Assembly: GCA_031548835.1 (NCBI GenBank)
Contig: JAVBQS010000110.1
Span: 110-64,109 of the forward strand
Length of the DNA: 64,000 nucleotides
Direction of reading: 5' to 3'
DNA from: Spirochaetia bacterium
GTDB lineage: Bacteria > Spirochaetota > Spirochaetia > CADAEX01
In this document: positions 10,408 to 20,412 of the stretch, in pieces
How positions within the stretch are numbered: the stretch's first letter is position 1
Layout: every line of letters begins with the position of its first letter
Position numbers and translations under genes: made by a program
The notes under the pieces: model-generated
Told to the model about the DNA's origin: nothing
Seen by the model: only the letters and a program-made list of their open reading frames with translations
Database searches by the model: none

Positions 10408-11859
10408 ATGCTGATTTTTAAACTTGCAATCAGAAATCTATTGAGACATACTCGGAAGACAGTGCTTTTAGCTGCAATAATTATATTAGGGACAGCCATG
10501 CTTTTTTTTGCAAATGCTGTTTTTCAACGTACAAATAAAGGACTTGAAAGCTCTTTTGTAAAAAGTTTAACAGGGAATGCTGTTTTAAGCGCAAATAGTG
10601 AAGTTTCATATAGCTTGTTTGGAAATGAAATACCAATTGTAAGCAGTTATGAGGCTATTCCTGCCATTGCAGATTACTCCTCAATGATAGAAGTTTTTCC
10701 TTCTATTGAATATATTTCAGATTGGACTCCAATAGTTTCTGCCGCCGCATATGTGGAAATAGATGAAAAAAGAACAGGAGCGGTTCTTTTTGGTGTTGAT
10801 TATAACAGTTATTTTTCTGTATGCCCTGATATAATTATAGAAGAAGGCTCTGTTTCTTCTATAAAAAATGGCGGAGTTTTTCTTAACCGGAAAATAGCTG
10901 AAATGATTGAAGATAAAATTGACCGTCCTCTTAAAATTGGCGATCCATTGCAGTTAAGCATGTTTTCAGATGGTTCTTTCCGAATTGTAAAAGGCTTTTT
11001 GGCAGGTATTCACAGTTATGTCGGCACATCACAGGTTCTTGACCGTATTGTTCTGGCAGATCCTGATTCGGTAAGACGTATTGCAAATTACACAATGGGA
11101 TATGTTTTAGATAATGGCAATTCTTCTGATCAGCCGAAAGAAGAGACTTTTGATCTTGATAGCCTTTTTTCAAACGCTGAAGATGTAACTATAGAAGAGA
11201 AAAATGGTTTTTCTATTGACGATGTTGAAAAGCTGTTGGCTCAAACAGAGGAGGGAAATACTGTTGTAATGCCTAATTCTGCTGCGTGGAGTTTTGTGCT
11301 TTTTCGGTCTGATGAAAACCCAAAAGCTCTTGTAAATTTCCTGGAAAAAGAAATAAAAAATAGAAAATGGGATATTCGGGTTTTAGACTGGCGTCAGGCT
11401 GCCGGGTTGAGCGCCCAAACTGTATTTGCTCTTCAATTTTCGTTTTATATTGGGATGGTTTTTATAGCTATAGGAGCTGTTCTTGTTATTATGAATGCTC
11501 TGCTAATATCAGTCTTTGAAAGAAGTTCTGAAATAGGGACAATGCGCGGCATTGGAGCTGGGAAAGATTTTATTAGAAAACTTTTTATTTCAGAATCAAT
11601 GTTATTAACAATATCTGCATCTTTTTTAGGCATTTTATTAGGAATAATAATTTGTCTACTTGTATCAGTAAATGGCATAGCTATTAAAAATGAACTATTT
11701 ATAAATTTATTTGGAGGAGAAACTATTCGTCCGGTTATTACATTATCTGGCATAGCAATCAACATTATTATGGCATTTATAGTCGGCGCTCTTGCATGGA
11801 TTTATCCTGTATCAATCGCAATGCATATTAGTCCAGTATCTGTTATGGGAAAAGAATAG
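10408..11859 (+). CDS. ABC transporter permease, FtsX/MacB/LolC-E family
   Basis: N-terminal 'LAIRNLLRHTRKTVLLAAIIILG'. Large periplasmic loop. C-terminal 'FERSSEIGTMRGIGAGKDFIRKLF' FtsX signature. Confidence 0.8.
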   Translation: MLIFKLAIRNLLRHTRKTVLLAAIIILGTAMLFFANAVFQRTNKGLESSFVKSLTGNAVLSANSEVSYSLFGNEIPIVSSYEAIPAIADYSSMIEVFPSIEYISDWTPIVSAAAYVEIDEKRTGAVLFGVDYNSYFSVCPDIIIEEGSVSSIKNGGVFLNRKIAEMIEDKIDRPLKIGDPLQLSMFSDGSFRIVKGFLAGIHSYVGTSQVLDRIVLADPDSVRRIANYTMGYVLDNGNSSDQPKEETFDLDSLFSNAEDVTIEEKNGFSIDDVEKLLAQTEEGNTVVMPNSAAWSFVLFRSDENPKALVNFLEKEIKNRKWDIRVLDWRQAAGLSAQTVFALQFSFYIGMVFIAIGAVLVIMNALLISVFERSSEIGTMRGIGAGKDFIRKLFISESMLLTISASFLGILLGIIICLLVSVNGIAIKNELFINLFGGETIRPVITLSGIAINIIMAFIVGALAWIYPVSIAMHISPVSVMGKE

Positions 11860-11864
11860 TTGGT

Positions 11865-13154
11865 ATGACAATAATATATCTTGCTTTACGTAATCTTTTT
11901 TTAAGACGCAAAAGATATGCGCTTATGGCTATTGCTGTATTAATTGGTTTTTCTTTAATTACAGTACTTTCCAGTCTTGCCTTTGGCATTCTTGAAACAA
12001 TTGAAATAAAAGCAGCGCGTTATTTTTCAGGGCATATAGCTTTGATTAGTTTCCATGGAACAGATTTTGGAATAAGTAATTCTGATGAGATAATTGAAAA
12101 ATTAAAGGAATCAAAGATTCCGATAAGAACAATAGCGAAAAGAAGTGTTTATTATGGCGAAGAAGCCAAAATATTTTTTAGCGGGAATTCTATTCTTCAG
12201 AGAAAGCCGATTGGAATAGATTTTGAAGCAGAACGAAATGAATTTAAAAATCTATCTTTTATTGAAGGAAGCTATGATTCAATGCTTGGCGATGGCGGTA
12301 AGGGAGGAATTTTAATAAGCAAAACAGCTGCTGAAATTCTTGGAGCAAGAGTTGGCGATGATGTTATATTTTATATGATTTCAGACCAGGGGCAATATAA
12401 TACAGCCACAATGATTGTTCATGGTATTTTTAATGAAACTGGTATCTTCGGATATGCATCATATATGCGTATTGATGACTTAAATATGCTTTATGGAAAG
12501 GAAGAAGATGCAGTCACAGATATAGCCTTATATGTATATTCAGGGACAAATATTAAAAATCTTGCCGAGAAAATCAGGATATATTTGGGAAAAAGTTTTC
12601 CCGTGTTTCCCCAAATCAACAGCAGAAGCGATAGCACAAGGTCGCTGCATGTAAAAGAGGAGACTATCGCAGTTATTCCTCTTGATGCACAGCTTGACCA
12701 GATAATAGATATAATAAATGCTTTTCTTATTGGAACATATTTTATATTGGCAATTTTTATTTTTATAGTTATGATTGGCATTTTAAATACATACAGGGTT
12801 CTTGTATATGAAAGAACCAAAGAAATAGGCACTATGAGAGCTATGGGAATGCAAAAAAAACATATCAAATTTCTTTTTTTAAGCGAAGCAGCATTTCTTG
12901 CTATTATTTCTTCTTTTGGCGGATTTTTACTAGGACTTATTATACTTAATCTTCTTGTTAAATTTACAGATTTAAGCGGATTCTCTGCAGCTGGTTTATT
13001 TACCGAAAGCGGAAAATTGGGTTTTTTTATTGATGCAAAAATAGTATTTTTTAATACTATTTTTATGCTTGCAGCAGTTGTTATTGCTGCATGGGGGCCT
13101 TCTTCAAAAGCTTCGAATTTACCGCCTGTTCAGGCATTGGGAAAAGGGGGATGA
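11865..13154 (+). CDS. ABC transporter permease, FtsX/MacB/LolC-E family (second copy)
   Basis: 'LALRNLFLRRKRYALMA' and 'YERTKEIGTMRAMGMQKKHI'. It is the partner of the upstream permease, as in heterodimeric LolCE. Confidence 0.8.
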   Translation: MTIIYLALRNLFLRRKRYALMAIAVLIGFSLITVLSSLAFGILETIEIKAARYFSGHIALISFHGTDFGISNSDEIIEKLKESKIPIRTIAKRSVYYGEEAKIFFSGNSILQRKPIGIDFEAERNEFKNLSFIEGSYDSMLGDGGKGGILISKTAAEILGARVGDDVIFYMISDQGQYNTATMIVHGIFNETGIFGYASYMRIDDLNMLYGKEEDAVTDIALYVYSGTNIKNLAEKIRIYLGKSFPVFPQINSRSDSTRSLHVKEETIAVIPLDAQLDQIIDIINAFLIGTYFILAIFIFIVMIGILNTYRVLVYERTKEIGTMRAMGMQKKHIKFLFLSEAAFLAIISSFGGFLLGLIILNLLVKFTDLSGFSAAGLFTESGKLGFFIDAKIVFFNTIFMLAAVVIAAWGPSSKASNLPPVQALGKGG

Positions 13155-13951
13155 AATTGTTAAATAAGTCAAAAAAAACAGGATATTTTTTTATTTTTTG
13201 TATAATTTTTTTATTATTAACTATCTCAATTTATGCAGCACCGCAGGATGAATATAAAAATCTTTTAAAAAAAGTAGATGATTTAGTTAATTTTAAAGAG
13301 AATGATCTTTCTGCAGAATATGTAGTAGAAAAAAGAGATCCGGGAGGCGCAATATCAACTACTGTTGCTGCGATGTTCCGGAGAGATAAAACAGATCAGT
13401 TTCTTATTTTAATACTGGAACCTATTGTTGATAAAGGAAAAGGTTATCTTAAAACAGGAGATAATCTTTGGCTTTATGATCCTGTAAGTCATAGCTTTAC
13501 TTTTACAAGCGCAAAAGAGCGGTTTCAAAATTCCGGAGCACGTAATTCTGATTTTAACAGGTCAAATTATTCTGGAGATTATTCTGTTGTTTCTGGGAAA
13601 AAAGAAAAGCTTGGTAAATTTGATTGCACTGTTTTGGATCTCAAAGCTTTAACTAACAAAGTTTCTTTTCCAAAAGTACGCATCTGGGTATCGGAAGATA
13701 ATCTTGTCAGAAAGATAGAAGATTATAGCCTTTCAGATCAGCTTATGAGAACAACAGCAATTCCTACATATCAAAAAGTAGGAGATAGGTGGCTTCCTGC
13801 GACTCTTGTAATACTGGACCATCTTGTTTTTCGTAAAATTGCTGGTAAAATAGAGTATGAAAGAACTACAGTAACAATAAAGAATCCTTCTTTAAAAACA
13901 CTTCCTAATTCTGTTTATACTAAAGAATATCTGGAAAGAGCAAATAGTTAA
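13151..13951 (+). CDS. Secreted LolA-like (outer-membrane lipoprotein-sorting family) protein
   Basis: ATG at 13151 overlaps the upstream stop (ATGA). Signal peptide present. Size and position next to the FtsX permeases resemble LolA-like proteins of MacB-type modules. The fold assignment is from memory only. Confidence 0.45.
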   Translation: MKLLNKSKKTGYFFIFCIIFLLLTISIYAAPQDEYKNLLKKVDDLVNFKENDLSAEYVVEKRDPGGAISTTVAAMFRRDKTDQFLILILEPIVDKGKGYLKTGDNLWLYDPVSHSFTFTSAKERFQNSGARNSDFNRSNYSGDYSVVSGKKEKLGKFDCTVLDLKALTNKVSFPKVRIWVSEDNLVRKIEDYSLSDQLMRTTAIPTYQKVGDRWLPATLVILDHLVFRKIAGKIEYERTTVTIKNPSLKTLPNSVYTKEYLERANS

Positions 13952-13969
13952 ATTATAGTTATAAAATAC

Positions 13970-15301
13970 ATGTATAAAAATATTTTCTTTAATCTTATAA
14001 TATTGATTTTTTTACTTTTTAGCCCTTTCTTAGCTTTTACAGATAATGGAGAAGAAAATACAGATACATCGGAAAAAGATAAACCATTATACAATGATAC
14101 TACTGATGAATCTTCTGAAGAAATTGCTCCTGAAAACCCGAATATTGATAGTATAATCGAGGTAGAAGAAGGTGACGAAGGGCTTCTTTTTGATTTATTT
14201 GATGAACCTACTGAAGATTTTGTTGTTAAAGATACAGATGTTGATCATAGAAAGCAGGTAGAACAAAATGAGCAAATGATTATAAAGCGTTCTTTTTCTG
14301 CACAGGGCGGCGGTTCTATTGGATGGATAGGGTTTCCGCAATTTGATGATTTATCAGATGGTTTTGATGTTGCATTAGGCTCAAGTGCAAAAGCGCTATT
14401 ATCTTTTTCTGCAAAACCAGATCCAATTTTTGGGGTTTCCGGAACTTTTTATACTGAAATTGACTATGATAATGGCAAAACAGATTGGTCTCAACTTGTT
14501 ATTGACCAACTTTATGGCGACTATATACTTCTTGATAAAGCTTTTTTCAGAGTTGGCAAATTTCCTATGAAGTGGGGGCAAGGCCGTATTTTTACGCCTG
14601 GAGATCTAATGGATGAAAGTGAGGATGGCGTTTCTGTTAGAGCTGCTTTTCCAACAGTTATGGATGGCCTTACTCTAGTTACTCTTGCAAATAAATATTA
14701 TCAAAATAACAGGAAAAAACAATTTGGAGAACATGATTTGGTAGCAGGAGGACTTATTGATAAAGTCTTTGGCAATCTTTATCTGTCTTTAGGGACAAGA
14801 TACCAATATTATGCAGGGTGGAATTTTCTAGGTTCATTAAAAATAGTTCTTTTTAAAATTGATTTTTTTACTGATATGGTTTTACTGGAAAATAAAACAG
14901 AAGATGATTATGATTTCGAAACTGTAGCAGGTTTTTTTAGAGAATGGGATAAATTTAAAATTTATGGCGAATATAGCTATGAAAAAGTACATGAAATAAG
15001 TACAAATGAATATGAATATGGCCATAATGTTGGCCTTGCTGCCGGGTATAAAAAAATATTTTCAACTTCTATAGATTTTGCTGTTGAATGGCGGCATACT
15101 TTTTATGATAATTCCGGCAGGGTTATTCCTGCAATATCATTTTATCCCTGGAAATTTGTTAGAATGAATTTTGGAGTCCCTATTCTTTATGGAGATGACA
15201 CATCAAGAAAGATTCTCGATGATGATGATGAATATGATTATATTCAGGAAAATAGAGGAATTTATTTTGTTTTTTCTATTAAACTTTCCTCTTCTTTTTA
15301 A
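13970..15301 (+). CDS. Putative outer-membrane beta-barrel protein with polyacidic N-terminal region
   Basis: Signal peptide. D/E-rich stretch (DESSEEIAPENP...EEGDEGLLFDLFDEPTEDF). Alternating amphipathic pattern. C-terminal '...LSSSF' (terminal Phe, an OMP sorting signal). Confidence 0.4.
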   Translation: MYKNIFFNLIILIFLLFSPFLAFTDNGEENTDTSEKDKPLYNDTTDESSEEIAPENPNIDSIIEVEEGDEGLLFDLFDEPTEDFVVKDTDVDHRKQVEQNEQMIIKRSFSAQGGGSIGWIGFPQFDDLSDGFDVALGSSAKALLSFSAKPDPIFGVSGTFYTEIDYDNGKTDWSQLVIDQLYGDYILLDKAFFRVGKFPMKWGQGRIFTPGDLMDESEDGVSVRAAFPTVMDGLTLVTLANKYYQNNRKKQFGEHDLVAGGLIDKVFGNLYLSLGTRYQYYAGWNFLGSLKIVLFKIDFFTDMVLLENKTEDDYDFETVAGFFREWDKFKIYGEYSYEKVHEISTNEYEYGHNVGLAAGYKKIFSTSIDFAVEWRHTFYDNSGRVIPAISFYPWKFVRMNFGVPILYGDDTSRKILDDDDEYDYIQENRGIYFVFSIKLSSSF

Positions 15302-15306
15302 AAGAA

Positions 15307-16011
15307 TTATTCCGACTGTTTATAATTTTCTGTTACAGAACCATCTTTAAGCCTGATAATGTGATCAGCAATAGAAAAAATATTCTGGTCATGTGTTGAA
15401 AATATAAAAGTAGTATTAAGCTCACTGTTTATCTGTTTCATAAGTTCTATTATTTCTTCGCCTGTTTTGCTGTCAAGATTTGCAGTAGGCTCATCCGCAA
15501 GAACTATTTGTGGTTTTGTTACAAGCGCTCTGGCAATTGCAACACGCTGCCTTTGTCCGCCTGATAACTCATTTGGCTTATGATTTTTCCATTTTGCAAG
15601 GCCAACTGCTGATATTAAGTGATTTATATATTCTGTTCTGCTTGATTTTTCTTCTTTTGTTATCTGCTTTTTTCCTATTAATAATGGAAATTCAATATTT
15701 TCATATACATTAAGAACAGGAAGAAGATTAAATGACTGGAAAATAAAACCTATTGTTGAATGCCTTAGTTCTGTTATTTTTTTATCAGATAATTTTCCTG
15801 TATCAATTCCATCTATTTTTACAATACCTTCTGTAGGCACATCTATGCAGCCAATCAGGTTTAATATGGTGGATTTTCCTGAGCCAGAGGGGCCGATTAT
15901 TGAAATAAAATCACCTTTTTCAATTTCAAAAGTGACTCCTTTGATCGCTACTACCTCTGTTTTTCCTAATGGATAGATTTTTTTAACATTTTCCAGAGTA
16001 ACGATTGCCAT
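15307..16011 (-). CDS. ABC transporter ATP-binding protein (LolD/MacB-type)
   Basis: Walker A 'GPSGSGKST'. Signature 'LSGGQRQRVAIARAL'. Walker B 'VLADEPT'. Convergent with the permease genes. Confidence 0.9.
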   Translation of the reverse strand: MAIVTLENVKKIYPLGKTEVVAIKGVTFEIEKGDFISIIGPSGSGKSTILNLIGCIDVPTEGIVKIDGIDTGKLSDKKITELRHSTIGFIFQSFNLLPVLNVYENIEFPLLIGKKQITKEEKSSRTEYINHLISAVGLAKWKNHKPNELSGGQRQRVAIARALVTKPQIVLADEPTANLDSKTGEEIIELMKQINSELNTTFIFSTHDQNIFSIADHIIRLKDGSVTENYKQSE

Positions 16012-16120
16012 TCTACCTCCGATTTATATAAATAAAGTATAACAAAAATATTTCTAATTAAGCAATATAAAGAAAGTCTGCAAATATTTCTGATATTATA
16101 TAAAGTCAGGAATAAATTTT

Positions 16121-16271
16121 TTAAATAAGAATAAATTTGACAATGGAGCTTCTGGATATATTATCCCGTTCCCGCTTTTGGCGGGATACTACGTTGACTT
16201 GCTACGGGGCGCTTCGCTGCCCAGAATAAATCTTTAAATGAGAATAAATTTGCCAATAAAACTTCTGGATA
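16121..16271. repeat. Imperfect 38-bp direct repeats (16121-16158 and 16234-16271) flanking a 75-bp GC-rich core with two GC hairpins
   Basis: ttaaataagaataaatttgacaatggagcttctggatat versus ttaaatgagaataaatttgccaataaaacttctggatac (about 33/38 identical). The core (16159-16233) is roughly 55-60% GC in an approximately 30% GC context and contains the hairpins cccgc-tttt-ggcggg and gggcg-cttcg-ctgccc. Confidence 0.6.
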
Positions 16272-16447
16272 CGCTTCGCTATATTGGAAAAACACAATAA
16301 TTACTATACGCTTTATTAGTGATTTTTACACAATAAAGACAGGCGAAAATTTTAATTTAACATAACAGGACATTAATTTATATATGATAATATTAATACA
16401 ATTGATCAGTTATATATCTTTAAATAAAGATAAAAGGATAGTTAATA

Positions 16448-17689
16448 ATGAAAAACAAAATTAATCGATCTTTGCTTTTCCTGCTTGCATGGATTATTTT
16501 TGGGGTTATTATTATTACATCTCTAACCAGTTTTTTTGTTTATAATACTTTTTTATTCTGGAATGATATGAAAACCAGAACATTTATAAGTATTTCAATA
16601 ATTATATATTTGCTTTTTTCAATTCTTTCATTAAGAATTAACCGTTTTTCATATAGAGAACAGCTTGGTTTGGTTTTATTTATTCTCTGTGTGTGCATGT
16701 CTGTTTTTCTGACAATAATAGCAATTGGAAGACTTTATTACTCCAGGAGTTATCTTGTTTATTATTATATTTTTTCATTTGTATGGATTGGAATAGGATT
16801 CTATTTTTTCAAAAACCCTAAAAACTCTTTTTTCCTTTTGTGTCCCTGGGGATTATGTCTTGAGCTGGCTAAAAATAGCGGCAGAAATTGGGAAATGCTT
16901 AAAACACCGCAGTTAAAAAAATGCGATGGAATAATTGTAGATTTGCATGAAAAGATAGAACCTGAATGGATGAGAATGATTGCTAATGCAACATTGATAA
17001 ATCTTCCTGTATATCATGCTGCAACTATTTATGAAAAAACAGCAGGAAAAGTTTCTGCACAACATTTAAATGAAGGAATTCTATCAACATACAAGGTAAA
17101 TGCAATCTATTTTAGAATAAAATCTATTCTTGAAAAAATTTTAATTATACTTTTTTCTCCGCTTTTAATAACAGTTGTTATTATGGTTGCAATTATTATT
17201 AAAATAGATTCAAAAGGACCTGTCTTTTTTGTTCAGGAGAGAGTGGGAAGAAAAGGAAAACCATTTAAAATGTATAAATTCAGGTCAATGATAACAGAAT
17301 CAGAAAAAGATGGTGCAAAATTTACATCCACGGATGATAAAAGAATAACAAAAACAGGCAGCATTTTAAGAAAATATAGAATAGATGAAATTCCGCAATT
17401 TCTTAATATATTGAAAGGTGAAATGAGTTTAATAGGGCCCAGGCCTGAACAGGTTGTCTTTTCAAACAGATTTGAAAAAGAGATCCCATTTTATGCTTAC
17501 CGGCATTTGGTTAACCCTGGAATAACTGGCTGGGCACAGGTAAATCATGGTTATGCTGCAGGAACAGAAGAGACAGAAACAAAACTTGAATATGATCTTT
17601 ATTATGTTAAATATATGGGTTTTTGGCTTGATCTTATTATTATATTGAAAACATTAAAAACAATTATGACAGGTTTTGGATCAAAATAA
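16448..17689 (+). CDS. Undecaprenyl-phosphate sugar phosphotransferase (WbaP/WcaJ-type initiating transferase)
   Basis: N-terminal TM block. C-terminal bacterial sugar-transferase domain 'PVFFVQERVGRKGKPFKMYKFRSM...SLIGPRPE...GITGWAQVN'. Confidence 0.85.
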   Translation: MKNKINRSLLFLLAWIIFGVIIITSLTSFFVYNTFLFWNDMKTRTFISISIIIYLLFSILSLRINRFSYREQLGLVLFILCVCMSVFLTIIAIGRLYYSRSYLVYYYIFSFVWIGIGFYFFKNPKNSFFLLCPWGLCLELAKNSGRNWEMLKTPQLKKCDGIIVDLHEKIEPEWMRMIANATLINLPVYHAATIYEKTAGKVSAQHLNEGILSTYKVNAIYFRIKSILEKILIILFSPLLITVVIMVAIIIKIDSKGPVFFVQERVGRKGKPFKMYKFRSMITESEKDGAKFTSTDDKRITKTGSILRKYRIDEIPQFLNILKGEMSLIGPRPEQVVFSNRFEKEIPFYAYRHLVNPGITGWAQVNHGYAAGTEETETKLEYDLYYVKYMGFWLDLIIILKTLKTIMTGFGSK

Positions 17690-17780
17690 ATCTTAAAAAA
17701 AATAAAAATAACTATTTATCTATAAAATTGATTTATATTTATATATAAATCAATTTTATTATTATCTGGTTGGAGAAATT

Positions 17781-20405
17781 ATGTTTGCTTTTTTACATTC
17801 ATTGTTTATATGGCCGTTTCAGGTGTTTATAGAAATTTTTTTTATGATTTTTATAAAAATTTTACGAAATAATATAGGACTAATAATAATATTGTTAAGT
17901 GTTGTTCTGAATCTTTTTTTTATTTATTTTTATAAACCTTATAATTTTTTTTGTGTTAGTGAAATAAAAAATCCATTGTTAAAAAATATAGCCAATGGCA
18001 GAAAAATTGGTGAAAAAATTTCAGTAATTTTTTCAATTATAAAACCATATATATTTTTAATTCTTTATTCTTTTCTTTTTATTGCTGCCTATGATTATTT
18101 TATCAATACAACATATCTTGAAAAATCTTCTTTTTTTATTATAAAAGATTTAAATCAGCCGGATCAATTAATAAAAATTGGAACAGTTACTTTAAATCTT
18201 TTTCCTGTTTTAATGCTTATCTTTGCTATTGTTTCTGTATTTATTCCATTTATTTTATATAAAAGAAAAATTATTATTTGCCGTGCAGCAGCTTTTATAA
18301 TTTTGTTTTTACTATTCTTTTTTATTTTATATAACAGTCCTTCCGGGTTAGCTCTGTTTTGGATTGTGACAGGATTATTTTTATTATTTATAAATATTTT
18401 AAGCTCTTTAAAAAGTTCTGGAAAAATATTTAAAGCTCTGATTGTTTTTTCATGCATTCTGTTTTTATTGTTTTTTATAAAACGGTTTAATAATTTTAAA
18501 ATTAAATATATGATTGCGTTAATTGTTATAGATATAACAGTAATGCTGATAGCTTTAAAAAAAGAAGCAATAAAAAAGTTTTTTGAAAACAGCTGTTTTT
18601 TATCCAGGGATAAAGATCTCTGTAGTTTATACAAATATTCATCAATAATTCTTTTTATTCTTACAGGTCTTGCTGTTCCGTTTCTTCTATTAGCATCATC
18701 TCCAACAGAATTTGATAATCCAACAGATATGATTATAAGAACAATTCTTCAGGCAGGATCAATTTTTATTGTATTTTCATTTCTTGTATGGACTTTTTCA
18801 ACATTGCCTATGCGTAGGTTTTTATCTCTTTTTTTATCATTTATAGCAGTTCTTGCTTTTTTCTGTTGTTTTATTTTTATGGGAAAATATGGCGCTATGG
18901 CTCCTGGTTTTGTTTTTGATAGCTGGGAACAGTTTGATAGATCTAAAGATTTAATAAAAAGCATATTGGCAGTTGTATTATCTTTTTTGACAATATTTAT
19001 CATTTTCCGTATTAATAAGTTGCGCTGGCTAAAAGACGGATTTATAATATTGTGCTTGTCTTTAGTTGTAATGTCAGGAGTTAATTTATTTACAATTATT
19101 AAAGAATATACTCTTTTGAATTCCCGCTCAGACAGGCTTGCAGATAAAGATTCTTCGAATGAAAAAAGATATAATATTTTTAATTTTTCAAAAACAGGAA
19201 AAAACATTTTTATTTTATTTCTTGATAAAGCTCCTGGCCATACTTTCTCTTATGCTTTGGATTTAAAACCTTCTTTAAAAAAAGATTTTGATGGTTTTGT
19301 CTGGTATCCTAATACAATATCTTTTGGCCCTAATACATTGTTTGGACTTCCCGCAATGATTGGTGGATATGAGTACACGCCTCTCCAGATAAATGAACGT
19401 AAAAATATATCTCTTAAAGATAAAGTAAATGAATCACTCAAAGTGCTGCCTGCTATTTTTGGAGAAGCAGGATATAATGTTGTTGTTACAGACCCTTCAT
19501 ATTCTAATTTGTCGTGGATACCTGACACAAGTATTTATGATAGCATGGAAAATGTAAAAGCGTATAACATTACAGGAATTTTCAGAAACAGGTTTAACAA
19601 AGAAAATACAGAAAGAAACAAAGGATTTTCCAAAATCTTTGATCATGATATTATGATGAGATTTTCAATATTCAGAATTCTGCCGCCCTTTTTAAGGCCA
19701 TTATTATATTACGATGGAAACTGGTTAAAACTGGTTGGATCTTCAAGCTATAACCAATCTATAAAACATTATCCAAACCTTCTTTACCTTGAGGATTTGT
19801 GTAGTATTAATGATGCCGGAAATAATTTTAATATTATGATGAATGAAGCAACGCACAACCCTGGCCCGTATGATAAAAATTTTGAGCTCACTGCGAAGCC
19901 TGTTGAATATTCTGATGATGATATAAAAAAATTCGGCTCCAGCGGTAATGTAAAATATATTTATGCATATACAGCAGCTCTTTCTGCTATTTCCGGATGG
20001 TTTGAATGGCTGAAAAAAGAAGAAATATATGATAATACAAAAATTATTATAGTAAGCGATCACGGATGGTCTTTTAATGAAAAAATTCTTGATTCCTGGG
20101 TTCAGGAAAATTATAACCCGCTATTATTAGTAAAAGATTTTAATTCCAGGGGCTCTATAGTAAGGTCTGATCAATTTATGACAAACGCAGATGTTCCGGC
20201 AATAGCAGTTAAATCTTTGGATAATCCAATTAATCCATATACAGGGGAAACTATTGACAGTTCTCCTAAAGATGAAGAAATTTTTGTTGCTAGCGGACAT
20301 TGGGCTGTTAAAAGCCAAAAAGAAGATTCTCTTGTTATCGGAACAATTTTTGAAGTAAAAAATAAAAATATATTTGATTCTGAAAATTGGGTAAGTATAA
20401 AGTAA
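17781..20405 (+). CDS. Large polytopic membrane protein with C-terminal alkaline-phosphatase-superfamily phosphotransferase domain (paralog 1)
   Basis: About 470 aa with more than 10 TM segments, then 'NFSKTGKNIFILFLDKAPGHT', 'YPNTISFGPNTLFGLPAM', 'MNEATHNP', 'IIIVSDHGW' and 'FMTNADVPAIA'. Homologous to 28637..30898 and 32521..34758. Confidence 0.6.
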   Translation: MFAFLHSLFIWPFQVFIEIFFMIFIKILRNNIGLIIILLSVVLNLFFIYFYKPYNFFCVSEIKNPLLKNIANGRKIGEKISVIFSIIKPYIFLILYSFLFIAAYDYFINTTYLEKSSFFIIKDLNQPDQLIKIGTVTLNLFPVLMLIFAIVSVFIPFILYKRKIIICRAAAFIILFLLFFFILYNSPSGLALFWIVTGLFLLFINILSSLKSSGKIFKALIVFSCILFLLFFIKRFNNFKIKYMIALIVIDITVMLIALKKEAIKKFFENSCFLSRDKDLCSLYKYSSIILFILTGLAVPFLLLASSPTEFDNPTDMIIRTILQAGSIFIVFSFLVWTFSTLPMRRFLSLFLSFIAVLAFFCCFIFMGKYGAMAPGFVFDSWEQFDRSKDLIKSILAVVLSFLTIFIIFRINKLRWLKDGFIILCLSLVVMSGVNLFTIIKEYTLLNSRSDRLADKDSSNEKRYNIFNFSKTGKNIFILFLDKAPGHTFSYALDLKPSLKKDFDGFVWYPNTISFGPNTLFGLPAMIGGYEYTPLQINERKNISLKDKVNESLKVLPAIFGEAGYNVVVTDPSYSNLSWIPDTSIYDSMENVKAYNITGIFRNRFNKENTERNKGFSKIFDHDIMMRFSIFRILPPFLRPLLYYDGNWLKLVGSSSYNQSIKHYPNLLYLEDLCSINDAGNNFNIMMNEATHNPGPYDKNFELTAKPVEYSDDDIKKFGSSGNVKYIYAYTAALSAISGWFEWLKKEEIYDNTKIIIVSDHGWSFNEKILDSWVQENYNPLLLVKDFNSRGSIVRSDQFMTNADVPAIAVKSLDNPINPYTGETIDSSPKDEEIFVASGHWAVKSQKEDSLVIGTIFEVKNKNIFDSENWVSIK

Positions 20406-20412
20406 TAATTAT

